Source: a virus (Duplodnaviria > Caudoviricetes). From it: 60,769 nt of DNA. Of the stretch, positions 38,167 through 46,953 are shown one piece after another (position 1 is the first letter of the stretch; every line of letters starts with the position of its first letter). The DNA is taken from positions 1 to 60,769 of IMG/VR virus record IMGVR_UViG_3300009182_004229. One strand, given 5' to 3'. The position numbers and the translations under genes were made by a program. The notes under the pieces are model-generated. The model was given only the letters and a program-made list of their open reading frames with translations. It was not told the origin of the DNA and did not search any database.

Positions 38167-39516
38167 ATGAAACCAGCAGAGGTGGTGGCACAGCTAGAAG
38201 CACACAGCGCTCGCGGAGACAAGGAACGCATACTGCGTGCCGCATGGGATGCAGGCTGTGTGGAGTTCTTCCAGGGTGCCAAGCTGGCCTATGATGCCAT
38301 GGTGGTCTTCAACATCAACAGGGCGCCTCTGTTCGAGGACACCACGGATCCGCAAGGCTTCGTGGCGCAGCTGACCTGGAGCAAGTTTGCTGAGCTGCTG
38401 ATCAAGCTGCAGCGCCGAGAGCTCACGGGCAACAGCGCCAGAGACGCTGTGCGCGCCATCAGCGACACTGCGTCAGCGGCAGATTGGAACGGTTGGTATC
38501 GCCGCATACTGCTGAAAGATCTCAAGTGTGGCATCACGGAAAGCACCATCAACAAGGTTCTGGCAGACTGCGGTGGTGCTGCGCTGGACTATCAGATTGC
38601 TGTGTTCAGCTGCCAGCTGGCCAAGAACGGCGACGACCACCCCAAGAAAATGGTGGGCTACAAGTACTTGGACGTCAAGCTGGACGGTGTGAGGATCCTC
38701 ACCATCATTGACATCGAAAACAAGACCGTGACGCAATACAGCCGAGACGGCAGGCGCAACGACAGGTTTGGCCCAATCACCGGTGACCTGGCCAAGCTGA
38801 TACCTGATCTCAAGCAGAGCATAGTGCTGGACGGCGAGATGATCAGCCGCAGCTTCCAAGACCTCATGAAGCAGCTGAACCGCAAGGAAGACGTGGACAC
38901 GTCTGATGCCAAGCTGGCGCTGTTTGACATTGTCCCGCTGGCAGACTTCCGTGCCGGCGAGAGCCAGCTCACGCAGGTTGACAGGCATGAGGTGTTGGTG
39001 GGCATGATGAGCATGATCTCTGCTGCCTGCGGTGACAGGGTCTATGTGATCCCCAAGATGATGGTCAACTTGGACACTGATGAAGGACAGGTACAGTTCC
39101 GTGAGTTCAACAACGACACTGTGGCTGCAGGCTACGAAGGCATCATGATCAAGGATCCTCTAGCAACCTATCGCACCAAGCGCACAGATGCGTGGATGAA
39201 GATCAAACCGTGGATCACCGTGGATCTAGAGGTAGTCGGAGTGGAATCTGGCAAGCCCGAGAGCAAGTACAAGAGCACGCTGGGTGGGCTGCTGTGCCGA
39301 GGCGTGGACCAAGGCAAGGCCATAGAAGTCATGGTAGGCGGAGGCTATAGCGACGAGCTGCGCAACGAGATCTGGGACAACAGGGACTCGGTCATAGGCC
39401 GCACCGTGGAGGTCAAGGGCGATGCGCTGACTAAGAGCCAAGATGGTGATACGTGGAGCCTACGCTTCCCTGTGTTCATGGGATTCAGAGACGACAAGCA
39501 AGCGGAACAACTATGA
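38167..39516 (+). CDS. ATP-dependent DNA ligase
   Basis: KLDGVR, LDGE, FDIV, EGIMIK, WMKIK, SLRFP. Confidence 0.95.
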   Translation: MKPAEVVAQLEAHSARGDKERILRAAWDAGCVEFFQGAKLAYDAMVVFNINRAPLFEDTTDPQGFVAQLTWSKFAELLIKLQRRELTGNSARDAVRAISDTASAADWNGWYRRILLKDLKCGITESTINKVLADCGGAALDYQIAVFSCQLAKNGDDHPKKMVGYKYLDVKLDGVRILTIIDIENKTVTQYSRDGRRNDRFGPITGDLAKLIPDLKQSIVLDGEMISRSFQDLMKQLNRKEDVDTSDAKLALFDIVPLADFRAGESQLTQVDRHEVLVGMMSMISAACGDRVYVIPKMMVNLDTDEGQVQFREFNNDTVAAGYEGIMIKDPLATYRTKRTDAWMKIKPWITVDLEVVGVESGKPESKYKSTLGGLLCRGVDQGKAIEVMVGGGYSDELRNEIWDNRDSVIGRTVEVKGDALTKSQDGDTWSLRFPVFMGFRDDKQAEQL

Positions 39517-39767
39517 AGCTGGACTTCTTTGGCCACGAACTAGCAGTGGACGACTACGTGGTGCTGCGCAGCCCTGGTTCCAGCAGCAGCCACCGACTGA
39601 TCTTGGGCCGCATAGCAAGGTTCACTGACAAATTCGTGACAGTATCACACGCACCCGTGAAGGTGTGGGACCGCGGTACAAGCGTGGTCAACGCCAGCAA
39701 CGTCAGCAGCAGGCACTGTGTAAAGGTATCTTCAGAGCAGGCCTTGGTCAGGGTGTTAGGTGACTAG
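39513..39767 (+). CDS. Hypothetical protein
   Basis: ATGA-coupled to the ligase; MKLDFFGHELAVDDYV. Confidence 0.65.
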   Translation: MKLDFFGHELAVDDYVVLRSPGSSSSHRLILGRIARFTDKFVTVSHAPVKVWDRGTSVVNASNVSSRHCVKVSSEQALVRVLGD

Positions 39768-39801
39768 GCATTTTTGCTAAGATCACTGCTCAGCAGCACG
39801 G

Positions 39802-39807
39802 TAAATA
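39802..39807 (+). promoter_or_regulatory. TAAATA(TC) late-promoter-like box
   Basis: Intergenic, upstream of a radical SAM gene. Confidence 0.65.
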
Positions 39808-39830
39808 TCAGCGCCTAGCGGAGCATACAC

Positions 39831-40973
39831 ATGAGCGATACACCATTCTGCCTACTGCCCTGGTTCCACCAGAAGGTAAACACAGACGGCAGCGTCAAGC
39901 CCTGCTGCGCGTGGTCCAGCACTGGCGAGATGCAGCCCGACAGGCGCTATACCCACGAGGACTTCTTCCATGGTGAGTTCATGCAGGAGCTGAGGCAGCG
40001 CTTCAGGGAAGGTAGCGTGCCCAGCAACTGCTCCAAGTGCGTTTACCTGGACAAGATAGGCTACAGGAACGGTCAGCGGGACTGGGGCATGGCAACAGCG
40101 GATGAGCTGGGCGTGGACACCCAGGATCCACAGCTGATGAGCCAGGAGGTTGACATCAGCAATCTCTGCAATCTCAAATGCCGCATGTGCTCCCAGACCC
40201 GCAGCACCAAGTGGATCCCCGACAGCGTGGCCCTGGGCAAGAAGCCAGCAGGGCTCATAGAAAGCAACTGGGCGCTGACCGATGAGCAGGCCAGCCGCAC
40301 CAAGCTGTTGGTGTTCCTGGGTGGCGAACCCACGCTGCATCAGGACAGGATCGCTGCGGCGCTGGAACAGATCGACAGGGTTGGTCGTCTTGACCAGCTC
40401 ACGCTGCGCTTCATCAGCAACCTCACCGTGCCATTGGAATGGCGCATGATAGAGCTCATGCGCAGGACCAAGAGCAACCGCATACTCTGCAGCATCGACG
40501 GCTATGGCGAGCTCAATAACTACATCAGATCTGACAGCCAGTGGTCTGAGATCGAGCGCAACGTGGAGCAGCTGGTGGACCTCAGCCGCGTGCAACCCAA
40601 CTTCAGCGTGGGTCAGAGCTTCACGCTCAGCGTGTACAACGCCGCTGGCTTCCACGAGTTCGCCCAGTGGTGGAGCAGATATGACCTCACCATCGCACCC
40701 ACGCTGGTGCTGGGACTGCTTGATGCTCGCAACCTACCTCGCGATGAAAGGCAAAGGCTCAGGACACACTATCAGCAGATCCTGGACGATCCCTGCACGG
40801 TGAGATACAAGAACGTGTACAGGATGATCATCGAGCATCTGAGCCAGGATTCCACCATGGACCAAGAGCAGTGGCGCCGGGAGATGCGCGACTACAACAG
40901 CCTGTTGGACCAACGCAGGCACACCAGCTTGGCTACTGTGTATCCTCAGCTGGCCGAGATCCTGGATCGCTAG
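39831..40973 (+). CDS. Twitch-domain radical SAM protein
   Basis: FCLLPW..PCC..CSKC; CNLKCRMC; LGGEP. Confidence 0.88.
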   Translation: MSDTPFCLLPWFHQKVNTDGSVKPCCAWSSTGEMQPDRRYTHEDFFHGEFMQELRQRFREGSVPSNCSKCVYLDKIGYRNGQRDWGMATADELGVDTQDPQLMSQEVDISNLCNLKCRMCSQTRSTKWIPDSVALGKKPAGLIESNWALTDEQASRTKLLVFLGGEPTLHQDRIAAALEQIDRVGRLDQLTLRFISNLTVPLEWRMIELMRRTKSNRILCSIDGYGELNNYIRSDSQWSEIERNVEQLVDLSRVQPNFSVGQSFTLSVYNAAGFHEFAQWWSRYDLTIAPTLVLGLLDARNLPRDERQRLRTHYQQILDDPCTVRYKNVYRMIIEHLSQDSTMDQEQWRREMRDYNSLLDQRRHTSLATVYPQLAEILDR

Positions 40974-40978
40974 GCACC

Positions 40979-41323
40979 ATGGCACGCTGGATCGATCTGG
41001 ACAGCTTGGATGCCAACACCGCGCTGTGGATCATGCCCGATGATCTCATAGCCTTTGACCAGCGAGACCCGCCTTGGCCCAACAGCCTGTGGCCCTGGGC
41101 CTATTGGTTCGACACCAAGCATCCAGACTTCACTAGACGCAACATGATAGCCATGCGGCGTTGGTTTGAACGTGCGCTGCGGGGGGATGTGGTGGTGCGC
41201 TTTGCCAGCGAAACCAGCTACAATGACTTCGTGGTGATCTACGTGGACAATGCCGAGGATGCGCAGGCAGTCTGGGACGAGTGGGCAGACTGGATCGTGC
41301 GAGTGGAAGAGCCGTTGCCATAA
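40979..41323 (+). CDS. Hypothetical protein
   Basis: Trp-rich 114 aa ORF right after the radical SAM stop. Confidence 0.6.
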   Translation: MARWIDLDSLDANTALWIMPDDLIAFDQRDPPWPNSLWPWAYWFDTKHPDFTRRNMIAMRRWFERALRGDVVVRFASETSYNDFVVIYVDNAEDAQAVWDEWADWIVRVEEPLP

Positions 41324-41327
41324 GTGG

Positions 41328-41355
41328 TTGACAGATTTTTATACCATGCTAGGAT
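41328..41355 (+). promoter_or_regulatory. Promoter TTGACA-N11-CATGC-TAGGAT
   Basis: Recurrent motif; 6 nt before ATG at 41362. Confidence 0.7.
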
Positions 41356-41361
41356 ATACAC

Positions 41362-41511
41362 ATGAACCGATTGGCAAACCTCATATTGCTGTTTACCTGG
41401 ATCGCAGGCATCGTGATTGCTCAGGGTTTCTGGAGCACGTTCTTTGCCATCATCATACCATTCTGGAGCTACTACTTGGTGATTGCTCGCATAGTTGAGC
41501 GCTACCTATGA
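41362..41511 (+). CDS. 49-aa membrane protein (not in ORF track)
   Basis: MNRLANLILLFTWIAGIVIAQGFWSTFFAIIIPFWSYYLVIARIVERYL; ATGA overlap with the next gene. Confidence 0.7.
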   Translation: MNRLANLILLFTWIAGIVIAQGFWSTFFAIIIPFWSYYLVIARIVERYL

Positions 41512-42128
41512 GCATCGTGCACCCAGACGATCGCAGCATCATAGACTACCTCTATCAGCTGATCTACTACGAGGACCACTGCTGGATAGGTGGTGGTACG
41601 CCGCTTAACTGGTATCTGGGACAGCCCTGCGACAGCGACATAGACCTGTTCTTCCGTGGGGAGAGAGTGTTCCACACGCTCAGCCACAAGCTGAACTCAC
41701 ACTACGAAGAAAACCACAACAGCTGGATCTACAGACAAAACCAAAAGTGGTCAGTGACCGAGCGCCACATCACGGACAATGCTGTGACCTACCTGCTGGT
41801 GAGGCAGATCAGCAAGGCTGACACTGGCCCTAGCTACAAGGTGCAGCTGATCAAGCGGCAGTTCTATGACACTCCGCAGGCGATACTAGATGACTTTGAC
41901 ATCACTGTGTGCCAGATAGTCACGGACAGCAAGCGTGTGTGGACCGGCGATCATTTTGCCAGGGACGTGGCAGAAGGCCGACTGCGCTTCCACAAGCTGA
42001 GCCCAGGATCAGCCAAGCGCCTGGTCAAGTACTGGATCTATGGTTATCAACCCACAGACACAGAGATTGAGCAGATCAATTCAGCACCTGATCTCAACTG
42101 GAAGGCTGCGCTAGATGACTACGCATGA
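41508..42128 (+). CDS. Pol-beta-superfamily nucleotidyltransferase-like protein
   Basis: WIGGG..SDIDLFF..VQLI..FDITVCQ. Confidence 0.65.
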   Translation: MSIVHPDDRSIIDYLYQLIYYEDHCWIGGGTPLNWYLGQPCDSDIDLFFRGERVFHTLSHKLNSHYEENHNSWIYRQNQKWSVTERHITDNAVTYLLVRQISKADTGPSYKVQLIKRQFYDTPQAILDDFDITVCQIVTDSKRVWTGDHFARDVAEGRLRFHKLSPGSAKRLVKYWIYGYQPTDTEIEQINSAPDLNWKAALDDYA

Positions 42129-42522
42129 CAGCTTGATCACTTGGAGCAAGCTCAGCACGGTGCCTGCGGTGGCTTACCATCCGCGCAGCCACAGCACCAT
42201 AGTCTATTGGGGTGGTGTGGGCATGGTGCGTGAGAGCGCACTGTTGCTGGTCAGCTCGCAGTGGGGCATGCTGTGGCCCAGCCCCAAGATGAAGCTCATG
42301 GCCTATGCCGAGTTCTTGCGGGCCTACAGCCTTGGGGCGTTTGGCTCAGCGGATTGGAGCAACTACATAGACAACCGCAGCGACGCACTCTATCACAGCT
42401 ATCTGGTCAAGTGGATGACTCGAGACAACAAAGAACTGATGACAGATCTAGTGAATACCTATACAATAAAAGAAGCACTGAGCTGGTTTGGTGCAGACAA
42501 CACGCAGGTGATTGATGGTTGA
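42115..42522 (+). CDS. Hypothetical protein
   Basis: 135 aa, overlapping both neighbours in the operon. Confidence 0.6.
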   Translation: MTTHDSLITWSKLSTVPAVAYHPRSHSTIVYWGGVGMVRESALLLVSSQWGMLWPSPKMKLMAYAEFLRAYSLGAFGSADWSNYIDNRSDALYHSYLVKWMTRDNKELMTDLVNTYTIKEALSWFGADNTQVIDG

Positions 42523-43531
42523 ACGCCTGGGCTTCGCATGCAAATGGTTGGACGATCCCAGCGAGACTGCCAACATGAAGATCAACGCTAGAAACCGTGA
42601 GCTCAACACCAGCACCACCACAGTGGCATGGTTAAATAGGCAACCAGTTGATGTTGCGGAGCAGAGGCTCTGGGACCTCATGGTGCACAACATCGAAGCT
42701 GCCAGGCTGTTAGTGCAGCGCGTGGGAGGACTGGATGAGCGTCTTAGAATGGTTCGTCTTGGTAGCGATATTCTGGCTGTCTTTACTGAGCCTACTTGGT
42801 CTCGTTTCTATGATAGACCAGACGTCAAAGCGTATTGTGAACGGGCGTTTGCCGCAGTTGGGCAGGCTGCTAGGGATCTTGGTGTACGTCTCAGTTTTCA
42901 TCCTGGCCAGTTCTGTGTCTTGGCCAGCGATAGGCCGGATGTTGTGGAGCGTTCTATAGATGAGTTTGAGTATCACGCCAGCATGGCGCGCTGGATGGGC
43001 TACGGCCAGACCTGGCAGGATTTCAAGATCAACGTGCATATCGCAGGTAGAGCCGGTCCAGCCGGTATCAAAGCTGCCTATGCCAGGCTATCACCAGAGG
43101 CCCGCAACGCCATCACCATCGAGAACGACGAGAACAGCTGGGGGTTAGATGCTTGCCTTGAGCTTGTTGATACTGTGCCCATCGTGCTTGATATCCATCA
43201 CCACTGGGTACGTGAGGGGGAATATATCTCGGCTAGCGATGATAGGGTCACTCGTGTGCGCCATAGCTGGCGAGACGTTCGCCCTGTGTTACACTATTCA
43301 GTCAGTCGAGAAGACTGTCTCACAGATCATATCACCACCGTAATGCCCGACATGTCTGCGCTACTTTCTCAGGGTTACAAGAAAGGCAAGCTCAGAGCAC
43401 ACAGCGATTTCTACTGGAACTCAGCTGTGAACAGCTGGGCTCTATCATTCCTTAAGGACTTTGACATCATGTGCGAGAGCAAGGCCAAGAACCTTGCCAG
43501 CAAGCTGCTTTTTGAACAGCACAGGGCCTAG
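42515..43531 (+). CDS. uvsE: UV damage endonuclease (UvsE/UVDE)
   Basis: RLSFHPGQF, IENDE, LDIHHH, HYS, AHSD, MCESKAK. Confidence 0.92.
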   Translation: MVERLGFACKWLDDPSETANMKINARNRELNTSTTTVAWLNRQPVDVAEQRLWDLMVHNIEAARLLVQRVGGLDERLRMVRLGSDILAVFTEPTWSRFYDRPDVKAYCERAFAAVGQAARDLGVRLSFHPGQFCVLASDRPDVVERSIDEFEYHASMARWMGYGQTWQDFKINVHIAGRAGPAGIKAAYARLSPEARNAITIENDENSWGLDACLELVDTVPIVLDIHHHWVREGEYISASDDRVTRVRHSWRDVRPVLHYSVSREDCLTDHITTVMPDMSALLSQGYKKGKLRAHSDFYWNSAVNSWALSFLKDFDIMCESKAKNLASKLLFEQHRA

Positions 43532-43540
43532 CTGAACCGC

Positions 43541-43565
43541 TAAATATCGCGACCCACTCGCGATA
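43541..43565 (+). promoter_or_regulatory. TAAATA(TC) box overlapping an 8-bp hairpin
   Basis: TATCGCGA-CCCAC-TCGCGATA, abutting AGGA. Confidence 0.6.
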
Positions 43566-43578
43566 GGACAGCACAGCC

Positions 43579-46488
43579 ATGAAGATCAACGACGTACTAC
43601 CTTCCAAGATCCACGAGCAATGGACAAGCCAGATAGACGTGCCCAGTCTCTGGGACACCATAAGACGTAATCCAGGCAAGCGCGACGACCTAGACCAGTT
43701 CAGGCTGCTGGGTCACTTGGACAAGACCTATGATCAGCTGGGACAGGTGCAGAAAGACCTGTTTAAGATGATGCTGGCCAAGCACCTTTGGCGCATCATG
43801 AAGAGCGGCGGCCTGCCAAACAAGCTCACAGATATACACAGGGAAGTGGAAGCACTGAATCGCCGCATAGGCGTCAGCGAGGGCATCAGCAGAGAAGATC
43901 TCAGCGACGCCATCACACAGAGGATGATGAGCTCTGGACTGGCCAACAAGCTGCTGCGTGCGCATGGCCTGGACAGGGTCATCGACGCCATCAGCAGCGT
44001 GACTGAACAGCACCAAGGTGCTGAAGAACTGGGCAGCAGCGACATCAGCATCATGATCAAGCAGGTGCAGGATGAGCTGAACAGCGTCAGCGAGAACACA
44101 GGCAATCCCGCGCAGGCACCTCAGGTGGGCAATCCCGCACAGGCAGGCAACACGGTCAAGGCAGGTCAGACAGCGACCACTGTGGGCAAGCCCAGCAACA
44201 CAGCCAAGGCAGCAGACAGTAACACACAGCGCATAGCAGCAAACGCTACCGGACAGACAGCCGCAGCACAGCAGGCATTGGCAGCTGCCAAGGAAACGGT
44301 ACCAGTGCTGCCCAGCGATCGTACCAAGGCACAGCAGGCTAAGCTGGACAAGGCCAAGGCTGGTGTGGCAGGTCTGCCCATGGACAACGTTCTGGACGAG
44401 AGCTGGAAGACCGATCTCGCTGCCATGGCAGCAGCTGCTGGCATCATGGCAGGCGGCATGCAGATGGTGGCACCCGCAGGCAAGGACACCAGGATCATCA
44501 ACGGCATGGAAGCCACGCATTACACAGCCACTGCCGGCGACATCACGCCAAACAGGGCCACCATGACCAAGATCGACGGCAAGCCTGCCTGGGTATGGTG
44601 GGGCAAGGGCCGCCACGGCATGCAGGAGCTGTACTGGAACTATGCCGATGATCCACAGATGCGCCAAGCAGCTATGCGCGACGTCACAGCAGCATCAGTG
44701 CCACTCCCTCCCCGACGTCCCAGCGTGCCATTACCACCAAGGCGCGACACAGCTCAAAAGGCACAGGGCAGCATACCTCTGCCTCCGCAACGTCCTAGCG
44801 TGCCGTTACCACCAAGGCGCGACACAGAATACAAGGCACATGCACAGGATCTTGCCGCGCGCCGCGCGGCTGTGAATGAATCACCTGGTATGGGTGATAG
44901 GATCGTGTTTGAACTGGCAGATGGTCGAGCATTTGAAGCATCTGTGGCAGAAGTCAGAGGCAACAGCGTGGTGGTTGATCTGGATGAAACAGCACATCAA
45001 TGGTTAGAGGAATCACCAGATCACAGCCATCTCAAGATCCAGGGTGCCAGCATGATCAGCCCAGTGGCCAAGGCATGGAATGACATGATAGATGATCTAG
45101 ACAGTGACACTCCGCAGGGCTGGGCACAGCTGTTCCGTGCTAAGCAACAGGGCACAGAAGCCGCACGCAAGTGGGGCAGGCTGTGGAGGCAGCAGCACAC
45201 CGCACTGGGAGACACAGTTAGCCACGACGAGCAGCGGGACTGGGAACAGAAAGTGTCTGACTATCTCTCAGAAGACATCAACGAAGATATCAGCGAGCAG
45301 GAGCACATGATACGCAAGACTCTGAACAGCAAGGATCGTGTGCTGACCAAGATCTACATGGATGCTCGCCGCAACGGCGTGCCACTCAGGCAGTATGCAC
45401 AGGACTTGGCAGTGAAAGCTGGCATGCCCAGGGATCACTACTGGCAAAAGATCAAGCCTCTGGTCAACGAGCAGCTGCTCAGCGAATCAGACGCTCACGC
45501 CATGCTATGGCCTATCATCACCAAGGTGCTGGGACGCAAGCTCTACACTGGCAAGAACGCAGCTGATGTGTATGCATCGCACACTGACGATGGCTTGGAG
45601 CTGCACGGTGCGGTCACTCGCGGCCTGCATGGCAACGAAGAGCTAGAGCTAGAGCAGGCTTTCCACGATGCTGGCATACCCATAGAAAAGGTCAAGATAG
45701 AACCTGACATGATACGCATCAGCCTGCGTGGCGAGATCCACGAAAACACTGCTGATCCCTATTCGCGACAGACCAAGTACTACATCGTGCGCAAGAACGC
45801 TGGGCTCAACACCATACCCGGCAAGGCAGGCAGCCACACCATGGCAGCAGCACGCAAGCAGCTGGACAAGATGCCAGATGCTGAACACTACGAGATACGT
45901 GCGATAAACACTACCAAGATACCGCAGCAATCGCAGGTGGACGAAGGTCTCATGGACACTCTGAAGATCCTGGCTCTGCTGGGGCTGGGCGCCTATGGCA
46001 TCAATGCTACCCTGGACTCCATGAACGCACCCAGCAAGACGCCTTTGGGCCGTGCGCTGGCAGCAGCAGCACAGCAGGGGGACAAGAGCGCAGCCAAGTA
46101 CTTGGCCAACCTCGACACTTACATAGAAGCCAACGATGGCAACACCCTGGCCATGCTCAAGGACACCTACCTGGACGGCCCAAAGAGCGGCGTCAAGGAA
46201 GCCAAGTACCATGGGCGCGAGGTCAAGCTAGGCAAACCCATACGCACCAACACCGGCAGCGGCGGCAAGTTCAAGGTCTATGTCAGGGATCCCAAGACTG
46301 GCAACATCAAGATGGTGAGATTCGGTGACACCACAGGGCTCAGCATCAAGAGAGATGATCCCAAGCGCCGCAAGAGCTTCCGAGCTCGCCACCACTGCGA
46401 CAGCCCCGGTCCAAGGACCAAAGCTCGTTACTGGAGCTGCAGGATGTGGACTCGCAAACCTGTGGGCAAGATACTCAAGGGCAAATAA
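43579..46488 (+). CDS. Large modular late protein (putative head polyprotein)
   Basis: 969 aa; MKINDV start; segments bounded by IHE, VSE, LDE, VNE, LSE, VDE and VKE; basic C-terminal module ..KSFRARHHC..ARYWSC. Confidence 0.75.
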   Translation: MKINDVLPSKIHEQWTSQIDVPSLWDTIRRNPGKRDDLDQFRLLGHLDKTYDQLGQVQKDLFKMMLAKHLWRIMKSGGLPNKLTDIHREVEALNRRIGVSEGISREDLSDAITQRMMSSGLANKLLRAHGLDRVIDAISSVTEQHQGAEELGSSDISIMIKQVQDELNSVSENTGNPAQAPQVGNPAQAGNTVKAGQTATTVGKPSNTAKAADSNTQRIAANATGQTAAAQQALAAAKETVPVLPSDRTKAQQAKLDKAKAGVAGLPMDNVLDESWKTDLAAMAAAAGIMAGGMQMVAPAGKDTRIINGMEATHYTATAGDITPNRATMTKIDGKPAWVWWGKGRHGMQELYWNYADDPQMRQAAMRDVTAASVPLPPRRPSVPLPPRRDTAQKAQGSIPLPPQRPSVPLPPRRDTEYKAHAQDLAARRAAVNESPGMGDRIVFELADGRAFEASVAEVRGNSVVVDLDETAHQWLEESPDHSHLKIQGASMISPVAKAWNDMIDDLDSDTPQGWAQLFRAKQQGTEAARKWGRLWRQQHTALGDTVSHDEQRDWEQKVSDYLSEDINEDISEQEHMIRKTLNSKDRVLTKIYMDARRNGVPLRQYAQDLAVKAGMPRDHYWQKIKPLVNEQLLSESDAHAMLWPIITKVLGRKLYTGKNAADVYASHTDDGLELHGAVTRGLHGNEELELEQAFHDAGIPIEKVKIEPDMIRISLRGEIHENTADPYSRQTKYYIVRKNAGLNTIPGKAGSHTMAAARKQLDKMPDAEHYEIRAINTTKIPQQSQVDEGLMDTLKILALLGLGAYGINATLDSMNAPSKTPLGRALAAAAQQGDKSAAKYLANLDTYIEANDGNTLAMLKDTYLDGPKSGVKEAKYHGREVKLGKPIRTNTGSGGKFKVYVRDPKTGNIKMVRFGDTTGLSIKRDDPKRRKSFRARHHCDSPGPRTKARYWSCRMWTRKPVGKILKGK
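44695..44827 (+). repeat. In-frame tandem duplication encoding four S[VI]PLPP[RQ]R units
   Basis: agcgtgccRttaccaccaaggcgcgacacag at 44722 and 44797 (75 nt period). Confidence 0.85.
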
Positions 46489-46492
46489 GCCA

Positions 46493-46498
46493 TAAATA
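46493..46498 (+). promoter_or_regulatory. TAAATA late-promoter-like box
   Basis: Intergenic, upstream of 46516. Confidence 0.65.
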
Positions 46499-46515
46499 CC
46501 TGTGGGGAACTGCTG

Positions 46516-46953
46516 ATGCGAATCCATGATCTATACGGCGACCTGTTTGAAAGCGCACCCAGCGTTAGCAAGGTAGTGGCCGGATTGCCTCCCAGCTTCC
46601 AACACAGCATGCCTGCCACACATTCATTCCCAGACATAGATAACTACTACGGTTTTTACAGATTCGTCATAGCCATGGCCGGCGAACCAGATGATTCTAA
46701 TATACCGCTGCAGAGCAACATGCGCGACATACCACTGGCTGTGGCCTATACCAAACAAGAACATGATATGATACATAAGACGGCTAGGCGCATGGGATCA
46801 AAAGCCATAGAGCTAGCTTATCAAGGTAGCCACGAGCTGCCAGATACCTATACTAAAAGTCCTGTGATGAAGTTCAAGATGGATGAAAATCAACAGCACA
46901 AGCTAGCAGGTCTCATCAAGCTCAGCGAGGCCATGACGCATGAAGCTGAGTGA
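46516..46953 (+). CDS. Hypothetical protein, single copy of the module repeated in the next gene
   Basis: MRIHDL start; YYGFYRF..SHELPD..SPVMKFKM. Confidence 0.7.
   Translation: MRIHDLYGDLFESAPSVSKVVAGLPPSFQHSMPATHSFPDIDNYYGFYRFVIAMAGEPDDSNIPLQSNMRDIPLAVAYTKQEHDMIHKTARRMGSKAIELAYQGSHELPDTYTKSPVMKFKMDENQQHKLAGLIKLSEAMTHEAE

Noticed and set aside
42633-42638. TAAATA hexamer
   Set aside because: Inside the uvsE coding sequence with no downstream start; probably chance
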